Below are positions 21,087 to 30,602 of a stretch of 64,000 bases of DNA, piece after piece; within the stretch, counting starts at the first letter, position 1, and each line of letters opens with the position of its first letter. The notes under the pieces are model-generated. The model was not told the origin of the DNA. It made no database searches and worked only from the letters and a program-made list of their open reading frames with translations. Location of the stretch: the NCBI GenBank assembly GCA_051027215.1, contig JBPCXR010000086.1:798-64797 (forward strand), written 5' to 3'. The DNA is from Pseudomonadales bacterium (GTDB lineage: Bacteria > Pseudomonadota > Gammaproteobacteria > Pseudomonadales > Azotimanducaceae). The translations under genes and the position numbers were made by a program.

Positions 21087-21622
21087 GATTCTGTGGTGGG
21101 TGGATCGGGCTCTGCTTGTCTGAGAAAACGAAACAAGGCTCGGGCGCTACGTTTTCGCTCACCGTCTGATCCCTGGTTTACCTGAGCTCGGCGAGCCTTC
21201 TCTAGCAACTGGCGTAGCTGTTGCCGGTCTACTTCAGGGTGGGCATTGATGTACTCCGTAAGCGCAGTACCGTCGTCAAGCAAGCGCTCGCGCCACTGCT
21301 CCACCTGATGTTGCAGGTACCGCGCTTTCGCGGTTTCACCGCTGAGCTCTTCCAAGAGCTCGGCGATTGGCTGCGGATCCAAATCGCGCATTAGCGCGCC
21401 GATGAACTGCAGTTGCCGGCGCTTGGCGCCACGGGCCTTGAGCCGTTGGTATTCTGTCAGGGCGGCCAGCAGCCGCTCCGGTAGCTGAAAGCCCTGGAGT
21501 TGCTCGATGCTCAGTTCTGTTAGCGCCTCCCCAAGCTTCTGACGCGCCGTGGCGTCGCGCTTAAGAGCGGTGCGTGACTGCGGCGCTGGGTTGTCGGGGT
21601 CCGCTAGGGCATTATCGTTCAT
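21083..21622 (-). CDS. yjgA: ribosome-associated protein YjgA (DarP, DUF615)
   Basis: 179 aa (LKRDATARQKLGEAL...RRQLQFIGALMRDLD). It is divergent from pmbA, as in E. coli and Pseudomonas. Confidence 0.85.
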   Translation of the reverse strand: MNDNALADPDNPAPQSRTALKRDATARQKLGEALTELSIEQLQGFQLPERLLAALTEYQRLKARGAKRRQLQFIGALMRDLDPQPIAELLEELSGETAKARYLQHQVEQWRERLLDDGTALTEYINAHPEVDRQQLRQLLEKARRAQVNQGSDGERKRSARALFRFLRQAEPDPPTTES

Positions 21623-21647
21623 AGCCCACGCAGCTTAAGGGATAGCA

Positions 21648-23033
21648 ATGACAGATCAAATCGCCAAACCGACCCGCGTAGCCAGCGAAGCTCCAGCGCC
21701 GATCGACCTGCGCGCTCGGGAAGCGGAGATTCAGCAGCGGGTGGCGGACATATTGACCGAGGCCAAGCGTCAGGGCGCAAGCGCCGCGGAGGTGGTGGCG
21801 AGCGAAGATCTGGGTCTGGGCGTGACGGTGCGCATGGGCGAGTTGGAAAACGTCGAGTTCAATCAAGACCGGGGCTTTGGTATCACGGTATATCGGGGTC
21901 AACGCCGGGGCAGCGCTTCGACCTCCGATTCCCGGCCTGAGGCGATCGCAGATACAGTACGGGCAGCGTTGAATATCGCGCGCTATACCCAGGAGGATGA
22001 GTACGCGGGATTGGCTGATGCCGAGCTGATGCCCGAGCAGGTCGCCGATTTAGCGCTGTATCACCCCTGGCCGTTGGATGCTGATCAAGCGCGTGACCTG
22101 GCGTTGGCCTGTGAGAGTGCAGGTCTCGAACATGATGCTCGCATCGTAAACTCCGACGGTGCCTCGGTGAGTAGCGGGCAGATGTGCCGGGTTTACGGCA
22201 ACTCCCATGGTTTTGTTGGTGGTTATTTGGGTACTCGGCACAGCGTTAGCTGCATGTTGATTGCCCAGGACGACAACGGCATGCAGCGCGATTACTGGTA
22301 TTCCGTCGCTCGCGATGCCGAGTCGTTGGAAGAGCCGGCCAGCGTTGGTCGCACGGCGGGTGAGCGCACGGTGCAGCGCCTGTCACCAAGGTCGGTGAGC
22401 ACTGGAACCATGCCAGTGGTGTTTTCCCCACAGATGTCCATGGGGCTCATGGGTCATGTGATGGGTGCCCTGTCGGGTGGCGCCGTTTACAAGAAAGCGA
22501 GCTTTCTACATGACGCCTTGGGTCAACAGGCTCTGTCATCACACATAAAGATTCATGAGCAACCGCACCTGCTTGGGCAATTGGGGAGCGCCGCGTTCGA
22601 CGGCGAAGGCGTTGCCACCTGGGATAAGAATTTCGTCGCAGAAGGCGTGATCCGCAGCTGGATGATGTCCAGCTATTCAGCGCGGCGCTTAGGCCTTGCG
22701 ACAACGGGTAATGCCGGGGGCGCACACAACCTCACCCTGGCCGGTCGCACTTTGCCTAAGCAGGCGCTGCTCAAAGAAGCTGGCTCGGGGTTGTACGTGA
22801 CGGAGCTGATGGGGCAGGGGGTGAATGGAGTGACTGGTGATTACTCCCGCGGCGCATCGGGCTTTTGGTTCGAAGACGGAGAGCTGCAGTATCCTGTGGA
22901 CGGTGTGACCATCGCCGGTAACCTCAAATCCATGTTGCTGCGCATTGAAGCAATTGGCGACGATCTAGACATTCGCGGTAACTATCGTGCTCCCAGCGTC
23001 TGGATCGACGCGATGACGGTAGCTGGCGCTTGA
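21648..23033 (+). CDS. pmbA: metalloprotease PmbA (TldE)
   Basis: 461 aa and colinear with E. coli PmbA (ELENVEFNQDRGFGITVY ... GDYSRGASGFWFEDGELQYPV). Confidence 0.93.
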   Translation: MTDQIAKPTRVASEAPAPIDLRAREAEIQQRVADILTEAKRQGASAAEVVASEDLGLGVTVRMGELENVEFNQDRGFGITVYRGQRRGSASTSDSRPEAIADTVRAALNIARYTQEDEYAGLADAELMPEQVADLALYHPWPLDADQARDLALACESAGLEHDARIVNSDGASVSSGQMCRVYGNSHGFVGGYLGTRHSVSCMLIAQDDNGMQRDYWYSVARDAESLEEPASVGRTAGERTVQRLSPRSVSTGTMPVVFSPQMSMGLMGHVMGALSGGAVYKKASFLHDALGQQALSSHIKIHEQPHLLGQLGSAAFDGEGVATWDKNFVAEGVIRSWMMSSYSARRLGLATTGNAGGAHNLTLAGRTLPKQALLKEAGSGLYVTELMGQGVNGVTGDYSRGASGFWFEDGELQYPVDGVTIAGNLKSMLLRIEAIGDDLDIRGNYRAPSVWIDAMTVAGA

Positions 23034-23056
23034 TGCCTTGTGGTGCTAACGCCTGG

Positions 23057-24427
23057 TTAGGCGTAGGCGTAGGTTGCCGCCCCAAGGAACACGAAGAAGC
23101 CGACCACGTCGGTAACCGTTGTTAGAACCACCCCGCCCGCTATAGCGGGATCGATGCGCATGGTGGTCAGCAAGCTGGGTAGCAAGGTACCAGCCAATAC
23201 GGCGACGATGATATTGATCACCATGGCGATGGCAATCACCGTGCCGAGAATGGGATCTTGAAACACTAGGGCGGCGGCTGTGGCCACGATTGCCGCGAGA
23301 AATAGACCATTGAGGATGGCCACGATTACTTCGCGCCTAATCAAGTAGCTCAGATTTGAGCGCTCGACGTGACCCAGGGCCATGCCACGTACCACCAGCG
23401 TTAGGGTCTGGGTGCCAGCGATGCCGCCCATGCTGGCCACGATCGGCATCAGCACCGCTAACGCTACGACTTTGGCGATGGTGTCTTCGAAGATATTGAT
23501 CACCGCTGACGCCAAAAACGCGGTCAGCAAATTAATGGTGAGCCACAGAGCCCGGCGTCGAAACGATTTGACCACCGGCGCGAAGGTATCTTCGTCTGGT
23601 TCAAAGCCCGCGGTGGCCATGAACACTTCGTTGGCGTCTTCAATGATTACGTCCACCACATCATCGATGGTGATCCGGCCGATTACTTTGCCAGACTGGT
23701 CCACAACGGCGGCGGAGATTCGGTCCTGTTCGGTAAAGATGCGCGACACTTCCGTGTCGGGCATGTTGTCACGTAGGGCCTCGATATCGGTGTTCATCAA
23801 TTCCCGCACCGTGACCGACGGGTCGGAAGTGAGCAGGCGCGAGACCGGCAACATGCCCACGTATTCATCGGAGCTATTGACCACAATCAGCGCATCGGTT
23901 GAGTCAGGAAGCTCTTTGCGCGCGCGCAGGTAGCGCAATACCACCTCTAGAGAGTGACGCGGCCGCACAGTAACCGTGTCGGTATTCATCAGGCCACCAG
24001 CGCAATCGTCTGGGTAGCTGAGAACGGTCTCTAGACGCAGGCGATCGGTATCGCTTAAGGAACGCAGAATCTCATTGGTGATGGTATGCGGCAGCTGCTG
24101 CAAGATGTCGGCGAAGTCATCGGTGTCCAGCTCGTCGGCGGCGTTAATCAGCTGCGCCGTGTCCATCGAATCCAAGAATTCGGCGCGTACGTCTTCGCTC
24201 AGATGCTGAAGAACTTGGTTCTCGGTCTCTTCATCGAGCAAATTCCACAGCACCAGGCGAGTATTAGGTGGTGTAGATTCGAGCAGATGAGCGATCTCGG
24301 GCTCGCGCAGGCTTTCGAGCAGCAGCCGGGTCTCGCTCAATGAGCCACTGTCAAAGCTGTCGAGCACGTTCCGACGCTGCTCCCGAAACTCCTGGGCGCT
24401 TAGTTCAGTCATCGACCACGTCTTCAT
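23057..24427 (-). CDS. mgtE: magnesium transporter MgtE
   Basis: 456 aa with an MgtE N-domain, a CBS pair and a 5-TM C-terminus. An alternative start at 24412 (MTELSAQ) overlaps the ptsO stop as ATGACTGA. Confidence 0.9.
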   Translation of the reverse strand: MKTWSMTELSAQEFREQRRNVLDSFDSGSLSETRLLLESLREPEIAHLLESTPPNTRLVLWNLLDEETENQVLQHLSEDVRAEFLDSMDTAQLINAADELDTDDFADILQQLPHTITNEILRSLSDTDRLRLETVLSYPDDCAGGLMNTDTVTVRPRHSLEVVLRYLRARKELPDSTDALIVVNSSDEYVGMLPVSRLLTSDPSVTVRELMNTDIEALRDNMPDTEVSRIFTEQDRISAAVVDQSGKVIGRITIDDVVDVIIEDANEVFMATAGFEPDEDTFAPVVKSFRRRALWLTINLLTAFLASAVINIFEDTIAKVVALAVLMPIVASMGGIAGTQTLTLVVRGMALGHVERSNLSYLIRREVIVAILNGLFLAAIVATAAALVFQDPILGTVIAIAMVINIIVAVLAGTLLPSLLTTMRIDPAIAGGVVLTTVTDVVGFFVFLGAATYAYA

Positions 24428-24683
24428 CGAAGCCTTGGCGAATCAGCTCCGTGAGGTCTGCGAATGCGGCATCCTCGTCTGGACCTGTCACCGAAAGCTC
24501 GATCTGGCTGCCCAGGGGCGCTGCCAGCAGCATGACGTTCATAATGCTTTTACCGTCGACCAGCCGATCCTCGTGGCCAATCTTTATTTCACTTTCGAAG
24601 ACTTTGGCACGGCCAACGAACTTGGCGGCTGCGCGGGCGTGCAACCCAAGTGTATTGACTATTTTTAGCGAGGTAGTGGGCAC
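24405..24683 (-). CDS. ptsO: HPr-family phosphocarrier NPr
   Basis: 92 aa with the active-site region NTLGLHARAAAKFV, in the position after rapZ. Confidence 0.9.
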   Translation of the reverse strand: MPTTSLKIVNTLGLHARAAAKFVGRAKVFESEIKIGHEDRLVDGKSIMNVMLLAAPLGSQIELSVTGPDEDAAFADLTELIRQGFDEDVVDD

Positions 24684-24739
24684 GCCAGCGGTCCTGTGGT
24701 TCGTCCGAAAATTGGAGGCGGGCCGACAATAGGCGTGAA

Positions 24740-25600
24740 TCAGTGGCGATTCAACTCTCTGTGACGAACCAGCACTGAGCCGGCCTGGTTAACACCAGAG
24801 AAGTGGCTGCTCAGTCGCTCAGCGAGGTAGACGCTGCGGTGCTGCCCGCCGGTGCAGCCGATGGCGACAGTCAGGTAGGTACGATGATTTTCTTCGAAGC
24901 AGCTCAACCAGTTTTCAACAAAGCGGCTGATATCGTCAAACATTCGATTAACCAGGGATTCGTTGGCCAGGTACTCCTTCACTGGCTCATCCGTGCCGTT
25001 CAGCGGTCGCAGGTGCTCCACCCAGTGCGGGTTTGGCAGACAACGCACGTCAAACACGAAGTCTGCGTCAACTGGGACACCGTATTTGAAGCCAAAGGAG
25101 CGGAACATCAAAGCCAGACCCAGGCTGTCGTTTTCGATGACTCTGGTACGAATCAGCTCAATCAAGTCCTGGGCGGTTAGAGTGGTGGTGTCGACTGTCA
25201 AATCTGCCAGATCGGCAATGCCTTCGAGGATGCTTTGCTCGGCATCGATGGCTTCCTTGAGATCCGCGTTCTCGCTGGTCAGTGGGTGTTTGCGTCGAGT
25301 TTCGCTGAAGCGTTTGACTAAGGTCGGCGACAAAGCGTCCAAGTAGATGACTTGGCAATCAACGCCCATACGGTCGAGCTCAACCAATATGCGCGGAAAG
25401 GCCTCCAGATCTGATGTTCTGGCGTCGATGCAAACGGCCTGATCCGGTGGGTTGTCCGATAGACTCTTGGCATTGCTGACCAGAGCTTGCAGTAGCTCAG
25501 GCGGGAAGTTGTCAATGCAGTTGAAGCCAGCGTCCTCCAGTGCGTGTAGCGCCGTGCTCTTACCAGAGCCGGCGCGGCCGCTGAGGATAATGAGCTTCAT
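24740..25600 (-). CDS. rapZ: RNase adapter protein RapZ
   Basis: 286 aa with P-loop SGRAGSGKSTAL and the C-terminal motif GCTGGQHRSV. Confidence 0.93.
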   Translation of the reverse strand: MKLIILSGRAGSGKSTALHALEDAGFNCIDNFPPELLQALVSNAKSLSDNPPDQAVCIDARTSDLEAFPRILVELDRMGVDCQVIYLDALSPTLVKRFSETRRKHPLTSENADLKEAIDAEQSILEGIADLADLTVDTTTLTAQDLIELIRTRVIENDSLGLALMFRSFGFKYGVPVDADFVFDVRCLPNPHWVEHLRPLNGTDEPVKEYLANESLVNRMFDDISRFVENWLSCFEENHRTYLTVAIGCTGGQHRSVYLAERLSSHFSGVNQAGSVLVRHRELNRH

Positions 25601-25612
25601 TGGATTGAACGC

Positions 25613-26080
25613 TTACGCAGCATGCTGCTGTAACAATCCAGACATTTGATGGTAGAGCGCTTCGTCGGTTTCGCACTCGCGCAAACGGGCGCGATTGTCC
25701 GCATCGTTGAATACGGCTGCCAGCTGCGCAAGCATAGTCAGGTGTGCGTTCTGCTCACCTTCGGGGACTACCAGCAGGTACACGAGATCCACTGGCTGCT
25801 CGTCTGGCGCATCGTAGTCAACGGCTGCTTCAAGTTGAAAAAAGGCGCTGTAGATGCGGTCGCATACGGTGCGGCAGTGGGGTATGGCGACGCCCTCGCC
25901 GATCCCGGTGCTGCCGAGGCGTTCACGTGCCATCAGTGCCTCAAATATGGCCCGCTCAGAGAGCTCAGCATTTTGTGCGGCCAGCAGGTCGCTAAGCAAT
26001 TGCAACACCCGCTTGCGGCTTTGCGCGGGTACTCTGGCTACCGTGGTGTCGAGCGCCAGCATTTTGGTCGAATCAGTCAT
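25613..26080 (-). CDS. ptsN: PTS(Ntr) EIIA-Ntr
   Basis: 155 aa with the phospho-His region GEGVAIPHCR. Confidence 0.92.
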   Translation of the reverse strand: MTDSTKMLALDTTVARVPAQSRKRVLQLLSDLLAAQNAELSERAIFEALMARERLGSTGIGEGVAIPHCRTVCDRIYSAFFQLEAAVDYDAPDEQPVDLVYLLVVPEGEQNAHLTMLAQLAAVFNDADNRARLRECETDEALYHQMSGLLQQHAA

Positions 26081-26085
26081 CGGTG

Positions 26086-26406
26086 TTATTCAGGTTCGAT
26101 ACCAGTGGGTTTTTTGTGCCGCTTATCTTTCAGCTTTTCTTTGTGTTTGATGAGCTGTCGATCAAGTCGGTCGGAAAGCATATCGATTGCGGCGTACATG
26201 TCCTCGCAGTTCGCGTCTGCGAACAGCTCACCGCCGCTAACGTGCATGGTTGCTTCTGCCCGTTGTTTTAGCTTTTCTACGCTCAGTACAACGTGAACGT
26301 TGGTGATGTGTTCAAAGTGTCGTTCAAGTTTTTCAAGCTTTCCGGTTACATAGTTTTTCAGAGGATCGGTTACGTCGATGTGATGTCCGGATATGCTTAG
26401 CTGCAT
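26086..26406 (-). CDS. hpf: ribosome hibernation-promoting factor
   Basis: 106 aa (MQLSISGHHIDVTDPLKNYV), in the position after rpoN. Confidence 0.92.
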   Translation of the reverse strand: MQLSISGHHIDVTDPLKNYVTGKLEKLERHFEHITNVHVVLSVEKLKQRAEATMHVSGGELFADANCEDMYAAIDMLSDRLDRQLIKHKEKLKDKRHKKPTGIEPE

Positions 26407-26468
26407 TGAGTTCTCCTGTTAGCAGAGCGCCGTAAGGGTAGCGTGCGCTGTGCGGGTGTACTAGGCAG

Positions 26469-28031
26469 TCAGATCAGGCGTTTGCGCTCGTTGGAAGGTG
26501 GAATGTTCATAGATTCGCGATATTTCGCGACAGTGCGCCTGGCTACCTGAATGTTCTGCTCTTTGAGTATTGCCGCAAGTTTGCTGTCGCTCAATGGTTT
26601 CTTTGCATCTTCTTCTTCAGTAAGCTTCTTGATTAGCGCGCGGATGGCGGTGCTGGAGACTTCACCACCGGTGGTGGTGCCAACATGGCTAGAAAAGAAG
26701 TATTTCAGCTCGTATATGCCCCGGGGCGTGTGCATGTACTTGCGGCTGGTCACCCGCGAGATCGTCGACTCATGCATTTCCACTGCGTCCGCGATGTCGT
26801 GCAGTACCAGGGGCTTCATGGCCTCTGGGCCATAGTCTAAGAATCCGCGCTGGTGTTCAACAATCTTAGTGGCGACTTTTAAGAGGGTTTCGTGCCGGCT
26901 TTGCAAGCTTTTCATGAACCATCGTGCTTCTTGTAGGTTATCCTTCAAGAAGGTGTTGTCCGGGCTGTTGTCGGCCCGGCGAATCATGCTGGCGTAGCCG
27001 TCATTGATGCGAATCTTTGGCGTTGCTTCGCCGTTGAGCTCTATCCGCCAGCGCCCTTTGATCTTCCGAACGAAGACATCGGGCACTACGTACTCCGCCG
27101 CTTCGCTAGAAATAGCTGAACCTGGTCGCGGGTTCAGCGACTGAATTAATTCCACTGCGCCTGCCAGTTCTTCGTCGCTGAGTTTGGTAGCCCGCTTGAG
27201 CGCGGCAAAGTCTCGGCCGCCAAGCAAGGCAAGGTGGTCAGACACCAGCGTGTGGGCCATGCATAGGTAGGGTGTATCCGCAGCCAATTGGTTTAGCTGC
27301 AACAGCAAACACTCCGGAAGATCTCGCGCACCTACGCCTGTCGGTTCGAACTGCTGAATCATCTTTAACACGGCACAGACCTCGGCAACTCCGAGCAATT
27401 CTTCTAGCGCAATGTTCCCTGCCTTGGCTACGCTGGCGAGTTCGGCGCTGGCGTGCAGTGACTCGGCAATCTCTTCGACGCTCTGGGTCAGCATGCCGTC
27501 CACGTTGATGGCATCGATGATGACTTCTGCGATGGCTCGATCAATTGGCGTCAGATTGAGAAGATTCAGCTGCCAGTTGAGGCTGTCCTGCAGATTCTCT
27601 GGGGCGCTGTTGAATTCGGTGAAATCCCAGTCACCTTCGGAACTGCTACTTGAGGTCGAGGTAGCCGGCTCATAGACGTCGTCCCAGTCCGTGTCTACTG
27701 GCAGGTCGTCCGGCAATTGGTCAGTGTTGTCGCCGGCAGCGACTTCGGTCTCTGTGGCCTCACCGGTGACTTTTAGGTCGCCTTCGATTTGCGCGTCAGA
27801 CTCGTCCGCGCTCGTATCTGCGGGCTGCTGCTCTGTGGTTGGATCGGTGCCGTTGGCAGCCAACTCATACTCGTCTTCCAACTCGAGCATAGGGTTGGCT
27901 TCGAGCACTTCTTGGATTTCTTGTTGTAGATCCAATGCCGAGAGTTGCAGCAGTCGAATGGCCTGTTGCAGTTGTGGCGTCATGGTCAAGCTTTGGCCAA
28001 GCTTGAGTTGAAGTCCCTGTTTTAGAGCCAT
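26469..28031 (-). CDS. rpoN: RNA polymerase sigma-54
   Basis: 520 aa with a Gln-rich N-terminus, an acidic region II and the RpoN box ARRTVAKYR. Confidence 0.97.
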   Translation of the reverse strand: MALKQGLQLKLGQSLTMTPQLQQAIRLLQLSALDLQQEIQEVLEANPMLELEDEYELAANGTDPTTEQQPADTSADESDAQIEGDLKVTGEATETEVAAGDNTDQLPDDLPVDTDWDDVYEPATSTSSSSSEGDWDFTEFNSAPENLQDSLNWQLNLLNLTPIDRAIAEVIIDAINVDGMLTQSVEEIAESLHASAELASVAKAGNIALEELLGVAEVCAVLKMIQQFEPTGVGARDLPECLLLQLNQLAADTPYLCMAHTLVSDHLALLGGRDFAALKRATKLSDEELAGAVELIQSLNPRPGSAISSEAAEYVVPDVFVRKIKGRWRIELNGEATPKIRINDGYASMIRRADNSPDNTFLKDNLQEARWFMKSLQSRHETLLKVATKIVEHQRGFLDYGPEAMKPLVLHDIADAVEMHESTISRVTSRKYMHTPRGIYELKYFFSSHVGTTTGGEVSSTAIRALIKKLTEEEDAKKPLSDSKLAAILKEQNIQVARRTVAKYRESMNIPPSNERKRLI

Positions 28032-28149
28032 GGGTTACTGCGGGCTTTACGGCGATGGGGACAGATCATGACGGTACTTCCATTTACGCAAGACTACTGC
28101 GTGACGCTGTTGCGCGATGTACACCCAGCCGATGCTGAGGGTTTTAGCG

Positions 28150-28875
28150 CTAGAGCCTGAAATTTTCTCCCAGGTAAACCTTGCGAACAGTATCGTTGCT
28201 AAGTATGGCGTCTGGGTTTCCTTCTGCAATGATATGGCCATCATGGACGATGTAGGCTCGATCACAAATATCTAAGGTTTCTTGCACGCTGTGATCGGTG
28301 ATCAGGATGCCAATGTCTCGTTTGGCCAGATCTCGAATTTCTGCTTGGATGTCGGCGACCGATATTGGGTCAACGCCGGCAAAGGGTTCGTCAAGCAAGA
28401 TGAACGAGGGCTCCGAGGCCAACGCGCGGGCGATTTCTAGGCGCCGGCGCTCGCCCCCGGAAAGCCGCTCGCCCAATACCTTAGCAACCCCCTGGAGGTG
28501 AAACTCGTCAAGTAGAGTTTCCAACCGAGCCTTGCGCTCACTCTTGCGCAGGTCTCGGCGTAGCTCAAGGATGGCACGAATGTTGTCCTCGGTGCTCAGC
28601 TTGCGAAAGACGCTGGCTTCTTGAGGTAAATAGCCGATTCCTGCCTTGGCGCGCACGTGCATGGGCGCTTTGGTGAGGGACTGATCGTCCAAGCTGATGG
28701 TGCCGGAGTCGGCTCGAATCAAACCGACGATCATATAAAAGCAGGTGGTTTTGCCGGCGCCGTTCGGCCCTAGTAGCCCGACAATTTCACCGCTATCGAT
28801 GGCCAGGCTGACATCTTCGACGGCGATCTTGTTGCCGTACTGCTTACGCAGTGCGTTGGCGGACAGTCGAGTCAT
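28150..28875 (-). CDS. lptB: LPS export ABC ATPase LptB
   Basis: 241 aa with Walker [10 protein letters not shown] and the signature LSGGERRR. Confidence 0.95.
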   Translation of the reverse strand: MTRLSANALRKQYGNKIAVEDVSLAIDSGEIVGLLGPNGAGKTTCFYMIVGLIRADSGTISLDDQSLTKAPMHVRAKAGIGYLPQEASVFRKLSTEDNIRAILELRRDLRKSERKARLETLLDEFHLQGVAKVLGERLSGGERRRLEIARALASEPSFILLDEPFAGVDPISVADIQAEIRDLAKRDIGILITDHSVQETLDICDRAYIVHDGHIIAEGNPDAILSNDTVRKVYLGENFRL

Positions 28876-28914
28876 AGGTGATTGGGATACAGCATGGGGG
28901 GTCAGCGCCGCAGG

Positions 28915-29397
28915 TTAGCGTGCGCGATCGGGTTCAAGCACCATGCGAATTGGCCCGTCATCGCCAGATTCAGCGGCGACCCTGCCGGCGACGATGTCGT
29001 AGTCGATACGCTGGCCGTGTAGCTCGTTGCCCTGTTGCGTTAATGATGCATCACCTTGCAGCTGCAGCCGTTCATTTTGCGTGTGATAGATGATGATGCT
29101 GGCGTCGGCGAAAACCATCTCTTCATCGGCGTTGAGTTGCTGCTGGTAGGTGGCTGGTTTGCCGTTGAACGTAATACGCGTGACTTTCTGATCTTTGTAG
29201 ACCACGGTCATAGAGTCCGCTTTGATGCGCAAAGTGCCCTGATCGACCTGAACGTCCCCAGTATAGGTGCCAGTACGACTGACCTGATCGAGCTGGCCTT
29301 CGTTGGCGCGAATGGTGATGGGCTTATCGGCATCCTCAGGTAACGCTCGGGTGTGGGTGCTAAAGCTTGAACTGAGCAGCAGCAACACTAGCGCCAT
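28915..29397 (-). CDS. lptA: LPS transport periplasmic protein LptA
   Basis: OstA-like beta-jellyroll ORF. I place the start at the internal Met (MALVLLLLSSSF, signal peptide), 25 nt after the lptC stop. The track ORF extends to 29472. Confidence 0.85.
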   Translation of the reverse strand: MALVLLLLSSSFSTHTRALPEDADKPITIRANEGQLDQVSRTGTYTGDVQVDQGTLRIKADSMTVVYKDQKVTRITFNGKPATYQQQLNADEEMVFADASIIIYHTQNERLQLQGDASLTQQGNELHGQRIDYDIVAGRVAAESGDDGPIRMVLEPDRAR

Positions 29398-29422
29398 GGT
29401 GCGCTGCTGCCGAGTACTGTCG

Positions 29423-30037
29423 CTATTTGAACTGATCTTTGAGAACAATGGTTTGTACTCGCTGTTTTGCATCCGCAGACAGGTTTATGCGACCGGCCGC
29501 CAGATCAGCGGTCATGCTCGCACCCTTGGTGCGTCCTACGTCCGTGTCGATGGTAACACTCTGGTCAGTTTGGGCGTATTGTCGATCCGGGTAGACGTAC
29601 AGATGCGCTGTGCGTAACTTGAGGAAGCGGCCGTCGATATCACGCTGCTTCAGCTCGACGTTTTCACGCAAAAACACCAATTCTTCGGGTAGCCCTGCGG
29701 GCCCAATTTCCTGACGAATAAATCCCTGACCTGCGGTTGATTGCCAGGGCAGGTTGTTGCTGTCGTTGTAGAGCGTGAGGTCCGGCTTTGTTAGGCGCGT
29801 GATGGCATCAGCCTCAAAGTGGCGGATGCGGTGAGCCAAGAGCTCGTATTTAAGTCGGCCGGGTTCGCCATATTGGCTGATGCTGGCCCGCTCAAGGTAT
29901 AAGTCTGGCTCACCCACCAATGCTTCTGGGAGTTCTGCCAGGACCGTAGGCGCGGCAGGCTCTCGTAGCAAAGCCCAAACAGCCGCGGTCAGCAGCAGAG
30001 CGAAGAGCCAAAAACGAAGGCTTAAGGGTACGGCCAT
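29423..30037 (-). CDS. lptC: LPS export system protein LptC
   Basis: 204 aa with an N-terminal anchor, in the canonical slot between kdsC and lptA. Confidence 0.85.
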   Translation of the reverse strand: MAVPLSLRFWLFALLLTAAVWALLREPAAPTVLAELPEALVGEPDLYLERASISQYGEPGRLKYELLAHRIRHFEADAITRLTKPDLTLYNDSNNLPWQSTAGQGFIRQEIGPAGLPEELVFLRENVELKQRDIDGRFLKLRTAHLYVYPDRQYAQTDQSVTIDTDVGRTKGASMTADLAAGRINLSADAKQRVQTIVLKDQFK

Positions 30038-30552
30038 GAACCCTGGTTGCGCAGCAACATTTCACAGACTTCCCTGGCGACACCCTGACCACCGGCTGCG
30101 CTGGTGATCCAGTGCGCGGCCTTGTGGCTACTAGGGTGACCGTTTGGCACTCCGATCCCGAGCCCGACGGCCTCGAATAGCACAATGTCTGCCAGATCAT
30201 CGCCGACGCAAGCGCATTCGGCCAGGGTGACTCCCTTGAGTGAAGCTTCGTTGACTAACAACGCGTTCAACGTCTCCAACTTGTTGTTGGCGTTTTGGCG
30301 CAGCAAGCTAACTCCAAGTTCTTCTGCACGACGAGCGACCATTGTCGATTGCCGCCCGGTAATGATCGCCACCTGCAGCCCGCTGCGTTGCAGCAGCTTG
30401 AGTGCTGCACCGTCCTGCACGTGGAATGCTTTGATTTCGCTACCATCGGAACTGTAGTACAGCTTGCCATCGGTCAGTACGCCGTCAACGTCGAAAACGA
30501 CAAGGCGAACCCGATTTGCCCGGTTCTGAAGATCTTGGGAATACACCTTCAA
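30022..30552 (-). CDS. kdsC: KDO-8-phosphate phosphatase
   Basis: 176 aa with the HAD motif VVFDVDGVLTDG. Confidence 0.92.
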   Translation of the reverse strand: MKVYSQDLQNRANRVRLVVFDVDGVLTDGKLYYSSDGSEIKAFHVQDGAALKLLQRSGLQVAIITGRQSTMVARRAEELGVSLLRQNANNKLETLNALLVNEASLKGVTLAECACVGDDLADIVLFEAVGLGIGVPNGHPSSHKAAHWITSAAGGQGVAREVCEMLLRNQGSWPYP

Positions 30553-30602
30553 CTCCTGCTTGTGCCGATTCGATGGACGCGCAAATCCCCACGCTGATTG
30601 CC

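Noticed and set aside
28047-28265. 72-aa minus-strand ORF in the lptB-rpoN gap
   Set aside because: More than half of it overlaps the lptB 3' end out of frame, and I found no supporting signal.
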